Of a stretch of DNA of 64,000 nt, positions 1 to 11,778 are shown piece after piece. The translations under genes and the position numbers were made by a program. Within the stretch, counting starts at the first letter, position 1. Every line of letters begins with the position of its first letter. Below the pieces are notes generated by a model. The model was given only the letters and a program-made list of their open reading frames with translations. It did no database searches and was not told where the DNA came from. Source of the DNA: Cladosporium halotolerans (taxonomy: Eukaryota); the NCBI RefSeq assembly GCF_011745625.1, contig NW_027191455.1:558001-622000 (forward strand). The letters run 5' to 3'.

Positions 1-607
1 CTCCAACGTGCACGCCGGCGTCCTCCCCAGCGGCAAGCAAGAGATCATCGAATCCCTGCAGGCGTCCGGCCACATCGTCGCCATGGTCGGCGACGGCATC
101 AACGACTCGCCCGCGCTCGCGACGGCCAACGTCGGCATCTCGCTCGCTTCCGGCACCGACGTCGCCATGGAGGCCGCCGACATCGTCCTCATGAAGCCCA
201 CCCAGCTCCTCGACATCCCGGCCTCCCTGCACCTCAGCAAGACCATCTTCCGCCGCATCAAGTACAACCTCCTCCTGTCTTGCGTCTACAACGCCGTCGG
301 CTTGCCCGTCGCAATGGGTTTCTTGCTGCCCTGGGGTGTTACTCTGCCGCCGCTTGCGGCTGGTGCTGCAATGGCTTGTTCGAGTGTTACTGTTGTTGTG
401 TCTTCCCTGCTTCTCAAGTTCTGGCGCCGCCCGGGCTGGATGGTGGAGCAAGAGGAAGCAGAGTTCAGGAACGCCGCCTCGAAGTTCGGCTTGTGGTCGC
501 TCGTCGGCCAGGCCAGAGACGCGATCCGCGGCCGCAAGGAGAAGAGGAGGGACGCCGAGGGCGAGAGGGGCGCGTACGTGCAGCTCGATACTTACGAGCC
601 GGTATGA
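1..607 (+). CDS. CCC2: Copper-transporting P1B-type ATPase (Ccc2/ATP7-like), 3' part only
   Basis: Hinge motif [29 protein letters not shown], and YN..GLPVAMG / [19 protein letters not shown] motifs typical of Cu+-ATPases. Open at the window edge; stop TGA 605-607. Confidence 0.9.
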   Translation, partial: SNVHAGVLPSGKQEIIESLQASGHIVAMVGDGINDSPALATANVGISLASGTDVAMEAADIVLMKPTQLLDIPASLHLSKTIFRRIKYNLLLSCVYNAVGLPVAMGFLLPWGVTLPPLAAGAAMACSSVTVVVSSLLLKFWRRPGWMVEQEEAEFRNAASKFGLWSLVGQARDAIRGRKEKRRDAEGERGAYVQLDTYEPV

Positions 608-815
608 GCGTCCTCATACATTTTCTTGTGTACATGTTGTCTCGTTTTTGTTGTTTGCATTTGGGATCCAGCGCTGGTGTTTTTGTGTGGGAAACGCACA
701 TGTGAGATTACATATGGGATGGCATGGCAGACCCTGGGATTGGGGCTCTCGCGATCTCATTACTATAGCTTGATACCTATTGAATACAGCCATCATTGGT
801 TATCACATTCATCGC

Positions 816-2508
816 TCACGCGATGTGAGGTACGCCCAGCGTCCACTCCGGCACAATGTACGCCGCTACCGGAAGGCGGCGCAACGACATGAAAGACTCG
901 ATAATCAGATAGGCTCTGGCAAACAAGTACGCCAGACCGCACACGCCACAGACCAACCCCAATGATACTTTGAGCCACCTGGAGGCATCGCCGCTCATGA
1001 TGTTGTACCATTCCCACCATACTCTGGCTGACAGCGATGCTAGGACATGGATACTCGCCCACAGCAGCCCGGAGAAAGCGACGTACAACGACGTGCTCCT
1101 CCACAGCCATGCTTCCACCCGCGTGGGAAACGGCGCGTGCCATGCGGCGACGTGGATGCCGCTGAAGGCGAAGCTGACCAGCCACAGACACGTTCCGATC
1201 CACAGACCGCTGGTCGTCCGCAGGAGTCCGTCGTGCGGCCAGTTGCTGGCGGTCGAGGAGACAAAGTGGTGGGTGTCGCATTCCTGCCAGTCCTCGTCTG
1301 TAGAGACGACTTCTTCCGCGTAAGCTCTCACCCGGCACTTCTCGGGCATCTCTGGGTAGTTGGCCAGCGCGATCTGATACCGGCGACTATGCTCGCTCGA
1401 TGGCTTGCGCAGGAGGTTGCGTACTGCGGGATACTGCTCGATTGCGGAAAGTGCGAGCTTCCAGCGCTCTTCAGTCGTGCCATCAGTCGTGCCATCCAGA
1501 ATTGGTGTGCGAACTTCTTCCGAGGACATGTGAGTCGAGGAATTTCGAAGATGATTGGAATGATTCGGCTTGCGTTCGAACTTGTAACGACCAGGCTGGG
1601 CCAGATCGGAGCCTTGCGAATCGTCGTTTGGCAACAGCCTCAGCCCTGCCATCTCCGAGTTCTCACCTTCCAGTTGGAAACCCGGGAGCATCTGGCCTTG
1701 ACTCTCTCTGCTGCACATGAGCATGAAAGCCGCCAAAGGCTTGACCCAATCGCCGACTAGCTGAGTCGCCGAATCGACTTTGCGAGGCTTGTGCCACCAG
1801 AGCGCATACAGCACCAGGGCGCACAGGACGTGCGACACGGCGGTCACTTCAAGCGTGGTGATCGGAAGCTGCAAAGCTAGCCTCGTACAAACCTGGACAA
1901 TCATCCACGTCACTTGGGTGCATGCGAGAAGCTTGCCGAGCTCGTCGACCTTGCTCTTGTCCAGTATCTCCTCCTGGCTGACTTCAGGGAGGTGCCCGCA
2001 CTGCGCTAGGAGGAGGAGCCCTTTTGGCGTGAGACTAAGTCGCTGAATGCCGTTGGCGAAAGACGACTTCACGGTATCGTTGCGATCGTCGAGGTCGATC
2101 ACAAATCCGCCCATCACAGCGTAGAATCCGTGAGCGATTGTACACTGGCTGCTGGCAACCTTTGAAGACGTTAGAAGTGCTATCTGGATATCGGTCTGTG
2201 CCTACCTTCAAGTTCCGCAATTCGTTCCTGAAAGCCCATGCTGAGAGGAGTTGCCGCCACGCTGTCCAGATGACCAGCTCGGGCCCAAAAATACCGAAGA
2301 TGCACCAGTAAAGATACGTTGAGAGCTGTCGCAAGTTCGATGAGTGCTTCTGTGGAATGTTCAGGTGCATGACGGCCCAAGACGATAAGAACAAAGACGA
2401 GAGGCAAGACACGAGGATGCTCATCGTGCCTCTGCCATCAGGCTCGTTCATCCACCCAACCTTCGTGGCATTGTGTTGTTCGGGTCCGACCTCAATGGAC
2501 ATTCGCAT
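816..2508 (-). CDS. Uncharacterised multi-pass membrane protein (2 exons, intron ~2200-2150)
   Basis: ORFs 2035-2508 and 816-2117 join. Motifs GW..EPDGRGT..ILVSC..HLNIP, F.A.MGGFV, I.DKSK.D..GKLLAC.Q, LWW.KP and HVAAWHAPFPT..EAWLWR resemble a common fungal family of unknown function. Confidence 0.8.
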
Positions 2509-3093
2509 CGTGCTAGACGCAGAGGAAACAAAATTTAATCTATGTACTGATTCAAGAAGTTAGAGTTCAGAATACAGAATAGATTTCGACTAACACTGCC
2601 TATAATCCTCAAGCTCTTTAAAGGGAACTCTGCCTTGTCCTGAGATCGCCAACCCAAGCAATGTCGGCTGAACTAGCTGTTTCCAAAGATGTAGATACGC
2701 CGCTGGATTGCTTAACCGAGACTATCCAGCGTTATCCAGGCCACTCGTAGCGATTACTCGCCATCGTTGGGCGCTTGAGTCGGCGCTTGCGAAAGAAGCC
2801 TGCAAGAGTTGTCAATCGACTTTACGGTTGCCAATATCTCAACTCTATTATCGAATTCATTCGCATTATTGACCAAGTCGTATGATTTGGCCATAAATCC
2901 AAAGGTCACTGTTGAAGGCGCTGAGGGTCAAGACCGAGGATGGATTAGCATGCAGTATGTGCGATCTTCAAATAGATTAGGCTGATGCAGGAGGATTCTT
3001 GGCGGCGCCTATTTGTCTCCAGTCTTCAGCCTCAACAGCATACTTAAACAAAGGTTCACTCTGCATGCTCGAATGCTAATGTAGAGCACCGAA

Positions 3094-4354
3094 ATGTCAG
3101 ATTCGTGTGACTTCAGTCGACCGAAGAAAAGGCATCTTCTCTTCTACGACGAGATTCGTGAGTACATTTGTCCGCCCATTAGAACAGTCGATTCACTGAC
3201 ATCAACAAGCAACATGGCAGAAGTACTCAGAATTTGTTGACAACAGATGAAGAGTGGTACTGATGATTCTAGGGACAATGAATATTTGTTGTATGGGTAC
3301 AGGTAATTAATATTGATCGAAGGTTTGGACCTGCGCATCTGTTGACTCAGCAGGCCCACATCCGGATCTTGGCTCCTGTCCCTTAAAAGCATGTTTGCAT
3401 GGCACAACGAAACCGGTAGGTAAAGATCTTATCTGACCACTACGAGACGTGCTGATTCACGGAAGTTAATATCCACTCTCACACGATCGGCTCCCTCTTG
3501 TTTGCATGGCTTCCGTATCATTTCTATGCAAACGTCTACCAGGAGGTCGACAACTCCCAACCCATTGACGCGCTCTTGTTCGTCCTCTATTTTACGGGAG
3601 TCGCGCTTTGCTTCGCGTGCTCTGCTTGGTAAGACGTGTCTCCGAGAGCTATGGAAAACCATATACCAATGACGATCGTATAGCTGCCATGTAATATGGA
3701 ACCTCTCAGCACCAGCTGCATCGTTTGGCAATCGACTGGACTTCTCTGGGATAGTGCTTCTAATGTGGGGAGCAAGTCTCCCATCAATACACTTTGCATT
3801 CCTGTGTGATCCGATGCTGAAATACTTGCACTGGGGATTGGTAAGTTGATAGTCAGATCGCTTGACCATCAACCGGGTTCCTCTTTCTGACAAGCTCCAG
3901 GTTTCTCTCAGCGCAAGTGGTTGCATAGTCTTCACGCTCCATCCGTCGTTCTTAGGACCGACATTCCGCAAGTATAGAGCGTTGATGTATACATGCTTCG
4001 GCTTGTCAGCCATCTTGTTCGTATCGCACAGCATATATCTTTACGGCTTCGTCGTTCAAAGACGGCGTCTGGCGATCGAGTGGATGGCTCTGATGGGATT
4101 TCTCAACATTGCGGGAGCTGGATTTTATGCATCAAGGGTAGGTCATGACCCTGACAAGATCGTTGCATTATCGTGCTGACCGGCAACAGCTACCAGAACG
4201 ATGGTTTCCCAATCGCTTCGACTTCGTTGGCGCGAGCCATCAGATTTTTCATCTGCTTGTGCTGGCTGCTGGGCTTGTACATTACAAGGCGTTAGTTTGT
4301 GCGCTCAATGAGGCTCGGGGACCCGTCGACTTCTGCGCTGCCCCTGCTACATGA
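3094..4354 (+). CDS. PAQR/hemolysin-III (IZH, adiponectin-receptor-like) protein, ~8 exons
   Basis: Manual splicing gives LLFYDEIP|TWQK|DNEYLLYGYR|P...WHNET|VNIHSH...RLDFSGI...LPERWFPNRFDFVGASHQIFH. GT-AG introns at ~3158-3209, 3223-3272, 3303-3353, ~3417-3465, ~3629-3683, 3841-3900 and ~4138-4189. Confidence 0.85.
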
Positions 4355-4726
4355 TCGGCATCATTGAGAGAGGCCTACCTGAAGAGCAGGAGTCCGTACC
4401 TAGATCATACAGAGCATCTTCCTCAACTAATGAAGTTCAATCAACACAGAAGAGTTGTGTTGGAAATGACTCGCATGATCTAAAGTCTTAAGACGTATCT
4501 CTGCGATACCAGTGTTGTGACTGAGTTCTCAAATTTTCTCATCCATTGTGTTCCGTCGAGTAATGAGGCAGGCAGCGAGGACATTCCAGAACGGCAATCG
4601 CTTTCGCGGTAATCGTGAACAAGATATAGGGAAGGTGGCCCTTGCGTCTGGCAAGAAGCATCCGTGGAACCTGTGATATTGTTGCCAACATTTTCCATTT
4701 TCGCTTCAACTTCAATCCTTTCGTCG

Positions 4727-5542
4727 ATGCCACCAACATATTCCTCCAAAACAGAAACAATTAACATGACGAACGCATCATCATCAAATAGCCAACAATC
4801 GAGCGCGAGAGCATCAATTGCGCCTCCATCCCCGCCACCAGAGTCTCAAGACCAAATTATCCACCACTCAGTCCCAAGTCTGTCCACATTGCCATCCCTC
4901 CCTACTCTCGACAAACTAACCAGTCCGCCAGACTGCTTCTACCAATACTCCTTCCTGTCCGCATACACCGCGGGCGCGGTCTCCGACGGCCCGCCCGTCT
5001 CCTTTCTCACGCAATACGGCGACTACGCTTACGGCTTCTTTCCCTGCGGCACACCGCTGGCCCTCATCGACTCGCAGCCCTACATCTTCACTAAGGACGG
5101 CGAAGCCGACAAAGCCGACGCAGAGGCACCAGTCGCTTTCGCGATGATCTGCCTCTTCCACCCCCAGAACCGGATCGTGACGGGCGGTGGAGACACGGTG
5201 GGGAACCTGCGGGAGACCTTTGGGCGCGGGCAATTTGGGTATGACGGGAGAAACAGCCCGGTCGTGTTTGCTGTGCGCGGGGCGTTCAAGCTGGTAAAAT
5301 TGAAGTTCGGAGTGACATTCGAGAACGTGCAGGGCGTGGTATGCGGATTTGCGTTGCCAGGGTGGATGGAGGGCATTAGCGGGAAAGGTTTTCGGTGCGT
5401 GTTTGTGAGCGGGTGTAAGAGGCTAGGTGGCGAGGTGCTGGATTTCGACAGCATTCAGGGGTCGTTTGTGGAGTGGTCTGTGAGCGAGAATGTGCATATG
5501 GGGCTTCCTTGGGATGCCAAGTTTGAGACGATGAAGTTGTGA
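4727..5542 (+). CDS. Alpha-acetolactate decarboxylase-like protein, probably catalytically inactive
   Basis: FYQYSFLSAYTAG..GDYAYGFF and F.NVQGVVCGF..P.WMEGISGKG......LGGEVLDF follow the ALDC layout. Start at ATG 4727 or 4766. Confidence 0.75.
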   Translation: MPPTYSSKTETINMTNASSSNSQQSSARASIAPPSPPPESQDQIIHHSVPSLSTLPSLPTLDKLTSPPDCFYQYSFLSAYTAGAVSDGPPVSFLTQYGDYAYGFFPCGTPLALIDSQPYIFTKDGEADKADAEAPVAFAMICLFHPQNRIVTGGGDTVGNLRETFGRGQFGYDGRNSPVVFAVRGAFKLVKLKFGVTFENVQGVVCGFALPGWMEGISGKGFRCVFVSGCKRLGGEVLDFDSIQGSFVEWSVSENVHMGLPWDAKFETMKL

Positions 5543-5835
5543 TTGTAGTAGACTTAGGGGGACAGACTTCATTCATAGACTTGAGGTCTATGCTTTAGGG
5601 TATCATCAAGAGATAACGTTGATCCTCGATGCTTTTCAAAGTCAGAAGAGGTGTTTGAACAATTGTGACGTAGAATGCTTGTCAGAGTAATACACTCGAT
5701 TGATGTATACATACGAGACGCTCAGCCGGCGTAGTGATGGGGTATCATAGCAACTCAAAAACATAATCCCGGCCGTAGGTACCGTTGGTAAAGAAACAAA
5801 AATAATGGTGACTTCACTTCAAGTCTCGGAAGTAC

Positions 5836-8286
5836 TCAAGAATCGGCCTCATCAAGCACACTCCTCAATTCGTCTTGATCCAGCTTCTTCACCACTGGTG
5901 GATGATGAATCTTGATCTCCGGCCCAAAACCAAAGATAGGTCCAGATTGATTAATACCAGGACTCCGTAATTTCGGCGGTTTTGGTGTGGGCTGAGGGTC
6001 CTCTTTTGCCTTGTCACTACCCGATTTGATGCTCGCGGACTTGGTACTCGAACTTGACTCGGCGATGGGAGGCGCAGGTGTTGCCCCCCATCGGCCGAAA
6101 ATCCATCCGCTTGCTTTCCTGGTGATGGCCTGCCTGGAAGCAGGAGCGAGACGCTGGTCGGCAGCAACACCACTCAAAATGCTGTGGCTGTTACTCTCCG
6201 TACGGCTTGTGATGGCAGGCCGTGCAGCGTGCGCTTGGGCACTGCTAACGACGGTTCCCGAGCTAACGCCTCCTTGCGTCAGGAGGGAATGCTTCGGTCG
6301 GTGCTGATATGTATGGATGTCCATCCCAGATATCGATAGGAGAGACTCATGTGAGGCAGCCCGCCGTAATGGTCTGCTGTAGATATCTGAGCTCTGTATA
6401 TTGAAAGTAGTCTCTGTAGCCGTAGGTGTCGCGACACTTGAAGTACTCTCAACCGCAGGAGAAGATTCTTGATCCCCTTCGCTGCTGGGCTCCTCCGCTA
6501 TGGGCTGGTGGTTGCTTGGGCGTGGCTTCAATGGCGGAAGCTCTTCGACACTTGTGTCCATGATAGAATCAAGAGAGGGGAGGCTAGGCCCAGGATTGAA
6601 ACCCTTCCGATGCAGCGCAGGTGCACTGATAGTTCGGTAGCCAGCAATTGAGGGTCGATCCTCTTTTGAAGGGCCGAGCATGGGAGAGCTAGGCTCCTCC
6701 GTGTCTGGTGTTGTTGGTCTTGATGAGTCTTGGCCGCCGTCACTGAAGACGCGATCGAAAATGGACGATGAGCGGTTCAATGTTGATTGTGGCGAACTTG
6801 GCCCCGAAGACGCGTAGAGGCTTTGGTATGTTTGATTGGACTGCACCGACCAGCGATTCTTCTTCGATGGCGTGGAATCTGGAATGCTGACAGCAGTCTG
6901 CTTCAGAATAGTCGCCATGGACGAGGGTGTGTTGTACGAAACAGAAGATCGAGGCGTGGTCCTTCCGGATGCTGGAGGAGTGAAGTGACTAGGCGTCAAC
7001 GAACCGTAGCGTTTCTTCTTTGGACGGCGAATGGGATTGCGGACTCCTGCCCCTGCAGGGGACGGTGCGGGTGCGTGGTAGTGATGGTGTACATGTAGCT
7101 CCTGTGAAGTGGCGCGGTTGATTTCGTCGTGCAGGCTCGTCTTCCTGTCACCAATCGCAGGCCGACCGGCTTCTTCGTCTTCTTCATCTAGCGGTTGATG
7201 CTGAACGAGTCGCTGCCTTAGAGACTCAACCTCCTCGTTAGAAGTTTGCAGCATCTCTCGCAGTTCCACGATTCCCATTTGGAGATTAGCGTTGTCCTGG
7301 AGGATGTCCTTGACGAAATGTGAGACAACATTTGTGCCTGCACCGTCCCGACCGGTAGTCTTGGAAGCGGCAGCACCCTTCAATCTCCCGGCAGCAGAGG
7401 TCAGCTCCTTTTCGACTGCACGCCTTCGCTCCATCCGTCCCACGACTTCAATATGACGCTCCCTCTCTTCCTTTGCTTCTTGCTCTATTCGCTCCAGCTG
7501 ATCCTGCATGTCGGCAAGGGTGCGTTCTGTCGTCTGCCATCTCCGTGTCACTGCCTTCTCCGCTTGCTCCTTCGCATCGAGACTGGTCTGGAGCGCTTCA
7601 TGCTCTCTTTCAAAGTCCATCAATTGCTGCTCCAAGCGCTCGGTTCTCGCAACAAAGTGCGACAATCTTTGCATTTCCTGCTGCGCCGACTGCAGCGCAT
7701 CCTGGAGGCCGGTCACCCGAGAATCTGCTTCGCCCACAGCATTGTTGACCGCCTCGAGCTGATCCAACAATGACCGATTCTCGCCGACCAATCCTTCATT
7801 TGTCTTTTGCAGCTCCGTCTTTTCGCTTTCTAGCTCTTGTATTTGTACCATCATGTCCCGCCGCTCCGTCTCGGCGTCTGCCATGTACGCTTCATGTCGG
7901 ACGAGTAGCGCCTGCAGCGAGAATTCCATTAGCGACGAGTTCCTGGAGGGCTTCTCGGCCGCAAACGGCGGCATGACGCTACACATCACGGCGGCTTCGA
8001 ACGGACGTTCGCAGCAAGCACGACCTGTACCTGCATAGCGCAATTGCACTCAATACCAGTGACGGGAACCATGAAGATCGGAGAGAATCACACATACCTG
8101 GCCCAGCTTGGCGGCGTTTCGCACGTCGCCCTCCAAGTCATCCAGCGAGTTCTGGTTCTGCTTTAGGTATGCGCAGTCCGGGTTGCCGCAGCAGCAGGCT
8201 GATTGGTGGTGGTCTGGAATGCTGGCGACGTCCGCGTCGCCTTGGCCGTAGGAAGAGAGGAATGACTGCAGCGCTTGGTCTGCCAT
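5836..8286 (-). CDS. Hypothetical coiled-coil protein (2 exons, intron 8097-7912)
   Basis: N-terminal CCCGNPDCAYL...AAKLGQ|ALLVRHEAYM, long heptad-rich region, VVSHFVKDILQDNANLQMGIVELREML, S/P-rich tail. GTATGT donor, CTAAT branch, CAG acceptor. Confidence 0.85.
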
Positions 8287-8716
8287 TATTGTTGTTGAGA
8301 ATGCTCGCCCGACTCCCGTAATTTAGGTCTCATGTCTCAAACAGGGCAATCTTGCAGTGAATTTCGGTCCGACGCCACTTAGGGCATGCGATGGGGAAGA
8401 TGTCGTAGTAGTCCTGTTCGCGAAGAGGTCACGGTGGTATGAGGGCAGCGGCGCAAAGCATCAGGTTGCCGCCGGCCTGCCCCAGCCACTTGTGTTGTCG
8501 GTGTATGCAAGGGAGCGCGTGGTTGGCCTGTCTTCACCGCAGCCCGACGCGCGGGGGAACCCCAGTTGAACCTTGGTGGAGAATCTCGGCTGCATCCGTC
8601 TTCATCAAAACACAGCCAATCCCGCCGCCAACGCTGCGTCTTTGATGTCAGTGGTCTCAGCCTTAGCCATATGATCTGAACGCAGGCTGCGGTGAAAGTT
8701 TCACGATTTGAAAAAC

Positions 8717-10003
8717 TCATTCAATGATTGGCCTCCACATCTTGCGGCCGACGAACTTCTCCACGCCCTCGTCCGCCATTACTTCATCCGCATTCCTTCC
8801 AGTCACTACGCTCCGTTCCTCGTCTCGCCCAAGCACGAAAAAAGGATCCCAGCCATCGATCCACCGTCCTTCCTCGGGGCCGCTGCGAGCTTTGCGGAAG
8901 CCTGAGTTCTTCCGATCCAAGCTAAGAAACCAGTGTCTCTGATGCACTGAGCCAATGCTATTCGTCGCACCAGTATACGCATTATTAGAACGTATCACAG
9001 CGTCTTCGTCTTCTCCTTCAGAAGCGACACCCGCATCATCTACCTCATTATCGTTCTCGCCAGTCTCATCGTTGCCCGCGGTAGCTGCATCGCCCTCACC
9101 TTCACTATCTGTCGTTGGCTGCGCGACAGCACGTTGGGACAACGCTTTTGCAGGGTCGATCCTCCGCCGCTTGCGCTTTGGCCTTTTAGGCTGACCACTT
9201 CGATCATTCGCAGAAGGCAGGCGAAGGCCGATGGTGTAGTTCTTGGGCAACTTCGTCCCATGCAAACGCAGGCGAAGGTGTCTAGTTTGGAACCCTGCAA
9301 ACAGCTTCTGGCTCTCGGAAAGTTCAGGCTCTGCCGAATCGCTGCTGCCATCCGATAGTTCGTCGTCTGTAGTGCGACCCTTGATCTGGTCGCGGTAGGG
9401 CAGGACTTCGTATTCGCCGGTATCCCATATAAGCAATGAGCCTGTTGCGTGGGAGGCCGACTCTATGAGGTTGTTCCAGAGGTTATGCACGCGGGTCTCG
9501 ATCGCCATACGGTTTGGCCTGATCGATTGTGGATTTCCAGGCAATCCATACGGCACGGCAAAGCTGATTGTACTAGAGTCGGAGAACTGAAGTCTCAAGT
9601 CGTAGTGAACGCCTTACCTTTCTATCAGTCTTGCGATGCTATGCGGCCGGTTGGCGGTGAAACTACCTGATATTGGATGATCATGCTGATGTACAACGAA
9701 GTGATGACCATGCTTATGTTCGTTGCGCTTGTAAATGCTTTGAAATTCTTCTATCGATATACGAGGGATGGCTGAATGTGTCTGTCGCGAAGATTCGCTC
9801 AAGTGCTCGGAAAAGTAGGCCAGGTGATCCCGAATCTCAGCCTCGCCAGCTTCAATCGCGGCTAATGTCGGCGTTTCAGCAGTTGCTTTGGATCTCTCAG
9901 GGCCATGGGAGTTCGACTTCGGTTCATTCGTCGGCAGTGCGCTCGAAGACTTGCGCGACGGTGGCGGCGAGATATCTCGAGAGAGCGTACTAGGCGGGCC
10001 CAT
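8717..10003 (-). CDS. Stand-alone DNA ligase D 3'-phosphoesterase (PE) domain protein (intron 9666-9613)
   Basis: Spliced FVVHQHDHPISG|VHYDLRLQ...SFAVPYGLP...RMAIETRVH...LLIWDTGEY...L.LHGTKL matches the LigD PE signature. Basic NLS-like KRPKRKRRR followed by an acidic tract. Confidence 0.85.
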
Positions 10004-10324
10004 CGTCAAGCCCAAGACCAAACATTGACGAAAAGCTCATCGCTTAATCCATCGAAATATCGAATTCCCGATGTTCAAATCTTCGAAAGTCGACGGTCAT
10101 GCCTGAACTGCGCTGCCTGGAGGTCGACGAGCAAGTTCATGTGATGTCGTTGGCCCGAGCGTCAGAAATGTGCAGCGTAGGAGCTCCGCGAGCGCCTCCG
10201 AAGCACGAGACCTACCAACGAGCATCCATCAAACCACAACACCTACGACTCTCATCGCAAGCCAATCGCCAATTCACAATAACTCCCGAAGCATCCCCAA
10301 ACCCCACATTCACAACCAAACAAG

Positions 10325-10683
10325 ATGTCTTTCCTCTTCGGCGGCGGTCGCCCTCAGCCCTCTTCCGCAGAGAAGATCGCGGCAGCAGAGGCCGAGATCG
10401 AGATGGTCTCCGGCATGTTCAACCAGTGAGTTTCGCTCCTCCACTGCGGCGCGCACCATTGTGGAAAGGGACTATATGATATTAAACACCCATTTCCTCC
10501 AGGCTCGTCGACACCTGCACCAAGAAGTGCATCCCTCCCCAGTACCGCGAATCCGACCTCAACAAGGGCGAGTCTGTCTGCCTCGACCGCTGCGTGAGTA
10601 AGTTCTTCGAAGTCAACGTCAAGGTGTCCGAGAAGATGCAGGGCGAGGCGGCCGCGAAGCAGGGCGGCATGATCGGCGCTTAG
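10325..10683 (+). CDS. TIM10: Mitochondrial intermembrane-space chaperone Tim10 (1 intron ~10426-10502)
   Basis: MSFLFGG...[27 protein letters not shown]...[17 protein letters not shown]; twin CX3C motif. Confidence 0.93.
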
Positions 10684-11216
10684 AAGGAGACTGAACGAGG
10701 AATGGTGAAGATGGAGATGGAGATCCCGGCGACGGACGTCGGGTGGACTGTTTGACAACGTGTATATTATTGCTGCGCTTCACGAGGAAGGTTCTCCTGG
10801 CTGGCCATTGAGCGCCGGGGAGACTTCGCCTTTGATCCCTGGGATTGAGCGCGGGACGGATGATTCCTGGCATGCGAGCGGGTTTGTTCATAACATGTGT
10901 ATTCTGGCATGAAAAGGGAATTCAACTCGACTTTACAACGGGGCTAGAGACAGCTGAATGATTAGGATACAGCATCGCACTCACGTATGGTGTTCGGCTA
11001 GGGAATAACACGACAAAAAGTTCGACAGATTCTGCTTCATTGATCGCAGATACTAAGACTGTTACATTGCCGTCAAAAGGTGCAGCATGTCCACCAGCAG
11101 GCTAGCGAGCCGTTCACTGTGTTATATCCTTCAGAATACCATAATAACGCCGGGGCCAACGCTATGCAAAATAAAGCAAGTGGTATCATCTTTCATATCA
11201 GCAGCCACGACGCCTG

Positions 11217-11778
11217 TCAAAAGCGATCTATATTCGCTTTGAGTCTTCGATCCGCTCTCTTTGGTAATGTCCAAGGGACTGCGCATATCACCTTGCGTTT
11301 GGTCAGCGGAAGCTCTCAAAGTACCGAGAAGCTGATCACGTACCTCGCCTTCACAATACGCCCAGAAATATATGCCGCATCCAATGAGATGGTACAATGC
11401 GGCATTTGTGGTTTGGTAAAGCAACACGGCGCTCAAGCTCGCTAGCGGGAGCCAGACGAGCCTCGCAATCATGCTCCTGTGCAGACGTGTCCCGGCGAAC
11501 CATCTCAGTGGCCATTCGTAGGCCAGGCAAATGAGCGCGATGGCAACGTTGATGACCTGCAGGACAGGTACCGGTTTCACCGCGGCGTCGAAGTTCTTGG
11601 TGAGGAAGTCGAAGAAGAACTTGGGCCAGAAGAAGCCTTCTATTGCTCCGGCAAGCTGGTCTGGACGGCGCTGTCAGTCTCTTGCGCTTCTGATACGAGA
11701 TTCGGCGGCCTTGGACCTACAGCATGCGGACGTGAGGATTATGAGTCGGGCCCAGTGGTTCTTTATCAGCTTGCCCAT
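11217..11778 (-). CDS. noxD: NoxD/Pro41, fungal p22phox homologue (3 exons; introns ~11720-11661 and ~11343-11292)
   Basis: Spliced MGKLIKNHWARLIILTSAC|YQLAGAIEGFFWPKFFFDFLTKNFDAAVKPVPVLQVIN...EWPL...AYCEGE|VICAVPWTLP, as recalled for the Pro41/NoxD family. Confidence 0.88.
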
